Positions 55,001 to 64,000 of a stretch of 64,000 nucleotides of DNA are shown here, piece after piece. The stretch is from Auanema rhodensis (Eukaryota; Animalia; Nematoda), in assembly GCA_964057225.1 (NCBI GenBank), contig OZ059899.1:4464001-4528000 (forward strand), in the 5' to 3' direction. The position numbers were made by a program, and so were the translations under genes. The notes beneath the pieces are model-generated. The model was not told the origin of the DNA, did no database searches, and saw only the letters and a program-made list of their open reading frames with translations. Numbering within the stretch: position 1 is the stretch's first letter; each line of letters begins with the position of its first letter.

Positions 55001-58000
55001 GCGCTAGCTTAAAAATGCACCGAGATATCAACTGATATATGTTCACACTTATATCCTCGATTTTCACCCTGAAGAATCAATTTTTTCATTGAATAACATT
55101 GTCCATCGTCTTTGCCTTGAAAAAAGAAATCTAAAAACATCTACTTTTTGCTAAATTATTTTGAAATTTTCCGAAAAAATTTTTGTCAAAATGTTTTTGG
55201 AAGCAATGTTGAGTGTACATGGAAACTCAACATACACTAATGCATCATTTTTCAAACGATCATAACTGATTTTTGTATTAAGCGTTTCTCAATGTAGTAT
55301 AGTGCATTCGATGCGGATTTTTAAGCTGCGTCGATCTGTGTTATCAGATTTGCGCTAGCTTAAAAATGCACCGAGATATCAACTGATATAAGTTCACACT
55401 TATATCCTCGATTTTCACCCTGAAGAATCAATTTTTTCGTTGAATAACATTGTCCATCGTCTTTGCCTTGAAAAAAGGAATCTAGAAGCATCTACTTTTT
55501 GCTAAATTATTTTGAAATTTTTCGAAAAAATTTTTGTCAAAATGTTTTTGGAAGCAATGTTGAGTGTACATGGAAACTCAACATACACTAATGCATCATT
55601 TTTCAAACGATCATAACTGATTTTTGTATTAAGCGTTTCTCAATGTAGTATAGTGCATTCGATGCGGATTTTTAAGCTGCGTCGATCTGTGTTATCAGAT
55701 TTGCGCTAGCTTAAAAATGCACCGAGATATCAACTGATATAAGTTCACACTTATATCCTCGATTTTCACCCTGAAGAATCAATTTTTTCGTTGAATAACA
55801 TTGTCCATCGTCTTTGCCTTGAAAAAAGGAATCTAGAAGCATCTACTTTTTGCTAAATTATTTTGAAATTTTTCGAAAAAATTTTTGTCAAAATGTTTTT
55901 GGAAGCAATGTTGAGTGTACATGGAAACTCAACATACACTAATGCATCATTTTTCAAACGATCATAACTGATTTTTGTATTAAGCGTTTCTCAATGTAGT
56001 ATAGTGCATTCGATGCGGATTTTTAAGCTGCGTCGATCTGTGTTATCAGATTTGCGCTAGCTTAAAAATGCACCGAGATATCAACTGATATATGTTCACA
56101 CTTATATCCTCGATTTTCACCCTGAAGAATCAATTTTTTCATTGAATAACATTGTCCATCGTCTTTGCCTTGAAAAAAGAAATCTAAAAACATCTACTTT
56201 TTGCTAAATTATTTTGAAATTTTCCGAAAAAATTTTTGTCAAAATGTTTTTGGAAGCAATGTTGAGTGTACATGGAAACTCAACATACACTAATGCATCA
56301 TTTTTCAAACGATCATAACTGATTTTTGTATTAAGCGTTTCTCAATGTAGTATAGTGCATTCGATGCGGATTTTTAAGCTGCGTCGATCTGTGTTATCAG
56401 ATTTGCGCTAGCTTAAAAATGCACCGAGATATCAACTGATATAAGTTCACACTTATATCCTCGATTTTCACCCTGAAGAATCAATTTTTTCGTTGAATAA
56501 CATTGTCCATCGTCTTTGCCTTGAAAAAAGGAATCTAGAAGCATCTACTTTTTGCTAAATTATTTTGAAATTTTTCGAAAAAATTTTTGTCAAAATGTTT
56601 TTGGAAGCAATGTTGAGTGTACATGGAAACTCAACATACACTAATGCATCATTTTTCAAACGATCATAACTGATTTTTGTATTAAGCGTTTCTCAATGTA
56701 GTATAGTGCATTCGATGCGGATTTTTAAGCTGCGTCGATCTGTGTTATCAGATTTGCGCTAGCTTAAAAATGCACCGAGATATCAACTGATATATGTTCA
56801 CACTTATATCCTCGATTTTCACCCTGAAGAATCAATTTTTTCATTGAATAACATTGTCCATCGTCTTTGCCTTGAAAAAAGAAATCTAAAAACATCTACT
56901 TTTTGCTAAATTATTTTGAAATTTTCCGAAAAAATTTTTGTCAAAATGTTTTTGGAAGCAATGTTGAGTGTACATGGAAACTCAACATACACTAATGCAT
57001 CATTTTTCAAACGATCATAACTGATTTTTGTATTAAGCGTTTCTCAATGTAGTATAGTGCATTCGATGCGGATTTTTAAGCTGCGTCGATCTGTGTTATC
57101 AGATTTGCGCTAGCTTAAAAATGCACCGAGATATCAACTGATATAAGTTCACACTTATATCCTCGATTTTCACCCTGAAGAATCAATTTTTTCGTTGAAT
57201 AACATTGTCCATCGTCTTTGCCTTGAAAAAAGGAATCTAGAAGCATCTACTTTTTGCTAAATTATTTTGAAATTTTTCGAAAAAATTTTTGTCAAAATGT
57301 TTTTGGAAGCAATGTTGAGTGTACATGGAAACTCAACATACACTAATGCATCATTTTTCAAACGATCATAACTGATTTTTGTATTAAGCGTTTCTCAATG
57401 TAGTATAGTGCATTCGATGCGGATTTTTAAGCTGCGTCGATCTGTGTTATCAGATTTGCGCTAGCTTAAAAATGCACCGAGATATCAACTGATATATGTT
57501 CACACTTATATCCTCGATTTTCACCCTGAAGAATCAATTTTTTCATTGAATAACATTGTCCATCGTCTTTGCCTTGAAAAAAGAAATCTAAAAACATCTA
57601 CTTTTTGCTAAATTATTTTGAAATTTTTCGAAAAAATTTTTGTCAAAATGTTTTTGGAAGCAATGTTGAGTGTACATGGAAACTCAACATACACTAATGC
57701 ATCATTTTTCAAACGATCATAACTGATTTTTGTATTAAGCGTTTCTCAATGTAGTATAGTGCATTCGATGCGGATTTTTAAGCTGCGTCGATCTGTGTTA
57801 TCAGATTTGCGCTAGCTTAAAAATGCACCGAGATATCAACTGATATATGTTCACACTTATATCCTCGATTTTCACCCTGAAGAATCAATTTTTTCATTGA
57901 ATAACATTGTCCATCGTCTTTGCCTTGAAAAAAGAAATCTAAAAACATCTACTTTTTGCTAAATTATTTTGAAATTTTTCGAAAAAATTTTTGTCAAAAT

Positions 58001-61000
58001 GTTTTTGGAAGCAATGTTGAGTGTACATGGAAACTCAACATACACTAATGCATCATTTTTCAAACGATCATAACTGATTTTTGTATTAAGCGTTTCTCAA
58101 TGTAGTATAGTGCATTCGATGCGGAATTTTAAGCTGCGTCGATCTGTGTTATCAGATTTGCGCTAGCTTAAAAATGCACCGAGATATCAACTGATATAAG
58201 TTCACACTTATATCCTCGATTTTCACCCTGAAGAATTAATTTTTTCGTTGAATAACATTGTCCATCGTCTTTGCCTTGAAAAATGGAATCTAAAAACATC
58301 TACTTTTTGCTAAATTATTTTGAAATTTTTCGAAAAAATTTTTGTCAAAATGTTTTTGGAAGCAATGTTGAGTGTACATGGAAACTCAACATACACTAAT
58401 GCATCATTTTTCAAACGATCATAACTAATTTTTGTATCAAGTGTTTCTCAATGTAGTATAGTGCATTCGATGCGGATTTTTAAGCTGCGTCGATCTGTGT
58501 TATCAGATTTGCGCTAGCTTAAAAATGCACCGAGATATCAACTGATATATGTTCACACTTATATCCTCGATTTTCACCCTGAAGAATCAATTTTTTCATT
58601 GAATAACATTGTCCATCGTCTTTGCCTTGAAAAAAGAAATCTAAAAACATCTACTTTTTGCTAAATTATTTTGAAATTTTTCGAAAAAATTTTTGTCAAA
58701 ATGTTTTTGGAAGCAATGTTGAGTGTACATGGAAACTCAACATACACTAATGCATCATTTTTCAAACGATCATAACTGATTTTTGTATTAAGCGTTTCTC
58801 AATGTAGTATAGTGCATTCGATGCGGATTTTTAAGCTGCGTCGATCTGTGTTATCAGATTTGCGCTAGCTTAAAAATGCACCGAGATATCAACTGATATA
58901 AGTTCACACTTATATCCTCGATTTTCACCCTGAAGAATCAATTTTTTCGTTGAATAACATTGTCCATCGTCTTTGCCTTGAAAAAAGGAATCTAGAAGCA
59001 TCTACTTTTTGCTAAATTATTTTGAAATTTTTCGAAAAAATTTTTGTCAAAATGTTTTTGGAAGCAATGTTGAGTGTACATGGAAACTCAACATACACTA
59101 ATGCATCATTTTTCAAACGATCATAACTGATTTTTGTATTAAGCGTTTCTCAATGTAGTATAGTGCATTCGATGCGGATTTTTAAGCTGCGTCGATCTGT
59201 GTTATCAGATTTGCGCTAGCTTAAAAATGCACCGAGATATCAACTGATATAAGTTCACACTTATATCCTCGATTTTCACCCTGAAGAATCAATTTTTTCG
59301 TTGAATAACATTGTCCATCGTCTTTGCCTTGAAAAAAGGAATCTAGAAGCATCTACTTTTTGCTAAATTATTTTGAAATTTTTCGAAAAAATTTTTGTCA
59401 AAATGTTTTTGGAAGCAATGTTGAGTGTACATGGAAACTCAACATACACTAATGCATCATTTTTCAAACGATCATAACTGATTTTTGTATTAAGCGTTTC
59501 TCAATGTAGTATAGTGCATTCGATGCGGATTTTTAAGCTGCGTCGATCTGTGTTATCAGATTTGCGCTAGCTTAAAAATGCACCGAGATATCAACTGATA
59601 TAAGTTCACACTTATATCCTCGATTTTCACCCTGAAGAATCAATTTTTTCGTTGAATAACATTGTCCATCGTCTTTGCCTTGAAAAAAGGAATCTAGAAG
59701 CATCTACTTTTTGCTAAATTATTTTGAAATTTTTCGAAAAAATTTTTGTCAAAATGTTTTTGGAAGCAATGTTGAGTGTACATGGAAACTCAACATACAC
59801 TAATGCATCATTTTTCAAACGATCATAACTGATTTTTGTATTAAGCGTTTCTCAATGTAGTATGGTGCATTCGATGCGGATTTTTAAGCTGCGTCGATCT
59901 GTGTTATCAGATTTGCGCTAGCTTAAAAATGCACCGAGATATCAACTGATATATGTTCACACTTATATCCTCGATTTTCACCCTGAAGAATCAATTTTTT
60001 CATTGAATAACATTGTCCATCGTCTTTGCCTTGAAAAAAGAAATCTAAAAACATCTACTTTTTGCTAAATTATTTTGAAATTTTTCGAAAAAATTTTTGT
60101 CAAAATGTTTTTGGAAGCAATGTTGAGTGTACATGGAAACTCAACATACACTAATGCATCATTTTTCAAACGATCATAACTGATTTTTGTATTAAGCGTT
60201 TCTCAATGTAGTATAGTGCATTCGATGCGGATTTTTAAGCTGCGTCGATCTGTGTTATCAGATTTGCGCTAGCTTAAAAATGCACCGAGATATCAACTGA
60301 TATAAGTTCACACTTATATCCTCGATTTTCACCCTGAAGAATCAATTTTTTCGTTGAATAACATTGTCCATCGTCTTTGCCTTGAAAAAAGGAATCTAGA
60401 AGCATCTACTTTTTGCTAAATTATTTTGAAATTTTTCGAAAAAATTTTTGTCAAAATGTTTTTGGAAGCAATGTTGAGTGTACATGGAAACTCAACATAC
60501 ACTAATGCATCATTTTTCAAACGATCATAACTGATTTTTGTATTAAGCGTTTCTCAATGTAGTATAGTGCATTCGATGCGGATTTTTAAGCTGCGTCGAT
60601 CTGTGTTATCAGATTTGCGCTAGCTTAAAAATGCACCGAGATATCAACTGATATAAGTTCACACTTATATCCTCGATTTTCACCCTGAAGAATCAATTTT
60701 TTCGTTGAATAACATTGTCCATCGTCTTTGCCTTGAAAAAAGAAATCTAAAAACATCGACTTTTTGCTAAATTATTTTGAAATTTTTCGAAAAAAATTTT
60801 GTCAAAATGTTTTTGGAAGCAATGTTGAGTGTACATGGAAACTCAACATACACTAATGCATCATTTTTCAAACGATCATAACTGATTTTTGTATTAAGCG
60901 TTTCTCAATGTAGTATAGTGCATTCGATGCGGATTTTTAAGCTGCGTCGATCTGTGTTATCAGATTTGCGCTAGCTTAAAAATGCACCGAGATATCAACT

Positions 61001-64000
61001 GATATAAGTTCACACTTATATCCTCGATTTTCACCCTGAAGAATCAATTTTTTCGTTGAATAACATTGTCCATCGTCTTTGCCTTGAAAAAAGAAATCTA
61101 AAAACATCTACTTTTTGCTAAATTATTTTGAAATTTTTCGAAAAAAATTTTGTCAAAATGTTTTTGGAAGCAATGTTGAGTGTACATGGAAACTCAACAT
61201 ACACTAATGCATCATTTTTCAAACGATCATAACTGATTTTTGTATTAAGCGTTTCTCAATGTAGTATAGTGCATTCGATGCGGATTTTTAAGCTGCGTCG
61301 ATCTGTGTTATCAGATTTGCGCTAGCTTAAAAATGCACCGAGATATCAACTGATATATGTTCACACTTATATCCTCGATTTTCACCCTGAAGAATCAATT
61401 TTTTCGTTGAATAACATTGTCCATCGTCTTTGCCTTGAAAAAAGGAATCTAGAAGCATCTACTTTTTGCTAAATTATTTTGAAATTTTTCGAAAAAATTT
61501 TTGTCAAAATGTTTTTGGAAGCAATGTTGAGTGTACATGGAAACTCAACATACACTAATGCATCATTTTTCAAACGATCATAACTGATTTTTGTATTAAG
61601 CGTTTCTCAATGTTGTATAGTGCATTCGATGCGGATTTTTAAGCTGCGTCGATCTGTGTTATCAGATTTGCGCTAGCTTAAAAATGCACCGAGATATCAA
61701 CTGATATAAGTTCACACTTATATCCTCGATTTTCACCCTGAAGAATCAATTTTTTCGTTGAATAACATTGTCCATCGTCTTTGCCTTGAAAAAAGAAATC
61801 TAAAAACATCTACTTTTTGCTAAATTATTTTGAAATTTTTCGAAAAAAATTTTGTCAAAATGTTTTTGGAAGCAATGTTGAGTGTACATGGAAACTCAAC
61901 ATACACTAATGCATCATTTTTCAAACGATCATAACTGATTTTTGTATTAAGCGTTTCTCAATGTAGTATAGTGCATTCGATGCGGATTTTTAAGCTGCGT
62001 CGATCTGTGTTATCAGATTTGCGCTAGCTTAAAAATGCACCGAGATATCAACTGATATATGTTCACACTTATATCCTCGATTTTCACCCTGAAGAATCAA
62101 TTTTTTCATTGAATAACATTGTCCATCGTCTTTGCCTTGAAAAAAGAAATCTAAAAACATCTACTTTTTGCTAAATTATTTTGAAATTTTTCGAAAAAAT
62201 TTTTGTCAAAATGTTTTTGGAAGCAATGTTGAGTGTACATGGAAACTCAACATACACTAATGCATCATTTTTCAAACGATCATAACTGATTTTTGTATTA
62301 AGCGTTTCTCAATGTAGTATAGTGCATTCGATGCGGATTTTTAAGCTGCGTCGATCTGTGTTATCAGATTTGCGCTAGCTTAAAAATGCACCGAGATATC
62401 AACTGATATAAGTTCACACTTATATCCTCGATTTTCACCCTGAAGAATCAATTTTTTCGTTGAATAACATTGTCCATCGTCTTTGCCTTGAAAAAAGGAA
62501 TCTAGAAGCATCTACTTTTTGCTAAATTATTTTGAAATTTTTCGAAAAAATTTTTGTCAAAATGTTTTTGGAAGCAATGTTGAGTGTACATGGAAACTCA
62601 ACATACACTAATGCATCATTTTTCAAACGATCATAACTGATTTTTGTATTAAGCGTTTCTCAATGTTGTATAGTGCATTCGATGCGGATTTTTAAGCTGC
62701 GTCGATCTGTGTTATCAGATTTGCGCTAGCTTAAAAATGCACCGAGATATCAACTGATATATGTTCACACTTATATCCTCGATTTTCACCCTGAAGAATC
62801 AATTTTTTCATTGAATAACATTGTCCATCGTCTTTGCCTTGAAAAAAGAAATCTAAAAACATCTACTTTTTGCTAAATTATTTTGAAATTTTTCGAAAAA
62901 ATTTTTGTCAAAATGTTTTTGGAAGCAATGTTGAGTGTACATGGAAACTCAACATACACTAATGCATCATTTTTCAAACGATCATAACTGATTTTTGTAT
63001 TAAGCGTTTCTCAATGTAGTATAGTGCATTCGATGCGGATTTTTAAGCTGCGTCGATCTGTGTTATCAGATTTGCGCTAGCTTAAAAATGCACCGAGATA
63101 TCAACTGATATAAGTTCACACTTATATCCTCGATTTTCACCCTGAAGAATCAATTTTTTCGTTGAATAACATTGTCCATCGTCTTTGCCTTGAAAAAAGG
63201 AATCTAGAAGCATCTACTTTTTGCTAAATTATTTTGAAATTTTTCGAAAAAATTTTTGTCAAAATGTTTTTGGAAGCAATGTTGAGTGTACATGGAAACT
63301 CAACATACACTAATGCATCATTTTTCAAACGATCATAACTGATTTTTGTATTAAGCGTTTCTCAATGTTGTATAGTGCATTCGATGCGGATTTTTAAGCT
63401 GCGTCGATCTGTGTTATCAGATTTGCGCTAGCTTAAAAATGCACCGAGATATCAACTGATATATGTTCACACTTATATCCTCGATTTTCACCCTGAAGAA
63501 TCAATTTTTTCATTGAATAACATTGTCCATCGTCTTTGCCTTGAAAAAAGAAATCTAAAAACATCTACTTTTTGCTAAATTATTTTGAAATTTTTCGAAA
63601 AAATTTTTGTCAAAATGTTTTTGGAAGCAATGTTGAGTGTACATGGAAACTCAACATACACTAATGCATCATTTTTCAAACGATCATAACTGATTTTTGT
63701 ATTAAGCGTTTTTCAATGTAGTATAGTGCATTCGATGCGGATTTTTAAGCTGCGTCGATCTGTGTTATCAGATTTGCGCTAGCTTAAAAATGCACCGAGA
63801 TATCAACTGATATATGTTCACACTTATATCCTCGATTTTCACCCTGAAGAATCAATTTTTTCATTGAATAACATTGTCCATCGTCTTTGCCTTGAAAAAA
63901 GGAATCTAGAAGCATCTACTTTTTGCTAAATTATTTTGAAATTTTTCGAAAAAATTTTTGTCAAAATGTTTTTGGAAGCAATGTTGAGTGTACATGGAAA
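40017..64000 (+). repeat. Distal, most homogeneous layer of the right subfamily (monomers 115-183)
   Basis: Almost all copies are combinations of two linked haplotypes (ggaatctagaag vs gaaatctaaaaa; atatg...ttcatt vs ataag...ttcgtt), plus rare markers recurring at exact multiples of 351. Confidence 0.8.

Larger units (their letters stand above)
1..64000 (+). repeat. Tandem satellite DNA array, 351-bp monomer, ~182.3 head-to-tail copies; extends beyond both window ends
   Basis: The start ctttgccttgaaaaaag recurs at 1, 352, 703, 3511, 7021, 10531, then 14042 and 21062 (+1 shift), then 28083, 35103, 42123, 49143, 56163 and 63183 (+2 shift). Copies differ by a few substitutions. No non-repeat sequence or orientation change seen. 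Confidence 0.99.

Noticed and set aside
1-64000. Giant repetitive ORF, since 351 is divisible by 3
   Set aside because: All six frames stop within the monomer: plus-strand TGA 9-11, TAA/TAG 23-25 and TAA 43-45; minus-strand TAG at the cta triplets 22-24, 32-34 and 42-44.
28083-64000. Monomer frame 1 lacks TGA on the right, so it would be open for ~36 kb under the ciliate code (TAA/TAG = Gln)
   Set aside because: One of six 117-codon frames lacking TGA is roughly an even chance at this composition. G320 creates TGA in many left copies, two frameshifts occur, and there is no start context or recognisable protein.
1-64000. CRISPR array or integron cassette array
   Set aside because: No unique spacers or cassettes lie between the palindromes. 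The whole unit repeats, and no cas or integrase genes are present.
1-64000. Assignment to a named satellite such as Drosophila 1.688 or a tenebrionid ~350-360-bp family
   Set aside because: Only size and AT content are similar; I cannot verify sequence homology without a search.

Overview
The whole 64-kb window is one uninterrupted head-to-tail tandem array (satellite DNA) of a 351-bp AT-rich monomer (about 32% GC by hand count of copy 1), about 182.3 copies, all in one orientation. I found no genes, RNA genes, transposon insertions, CRISPR spacers or unique sequence, and all six reading frames hit a stop codon in the monomer. Copies differ by only a few substitutions, and only two 1-bp indels shift the register. 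Monomer n starts at 1+351(n-1) for n<=33, 2+351(n-1) for n=34-62 and 3+351(n-1) for n>=63. The information is in the variant pattern: (i) a more diverse left domain (1 to ~27 kb) with a recurring 8-9-mer higher-order repeat (HOR) and local dimer blocks; (ii) a short transition (~27.0-29.1 kb); (iii) a more homogeneous right-hand subfamily marked by TCTAGAAG, with a middle layer (5-, 6- and 7-mer duplications) and a distal layer (nested 3-, 6-, 19- and 26-mer duplications). Each monomer carries roughly phased A/T tracts and several dyad symmetries, including a 67-nt imperfect hairpin. This fits a eukaryotic centromeric or pericentromeric satellite, probably from a host with little CpG-methylation decay (inference). 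I cannot name the family or organism, and I see no evidence of a coding system.
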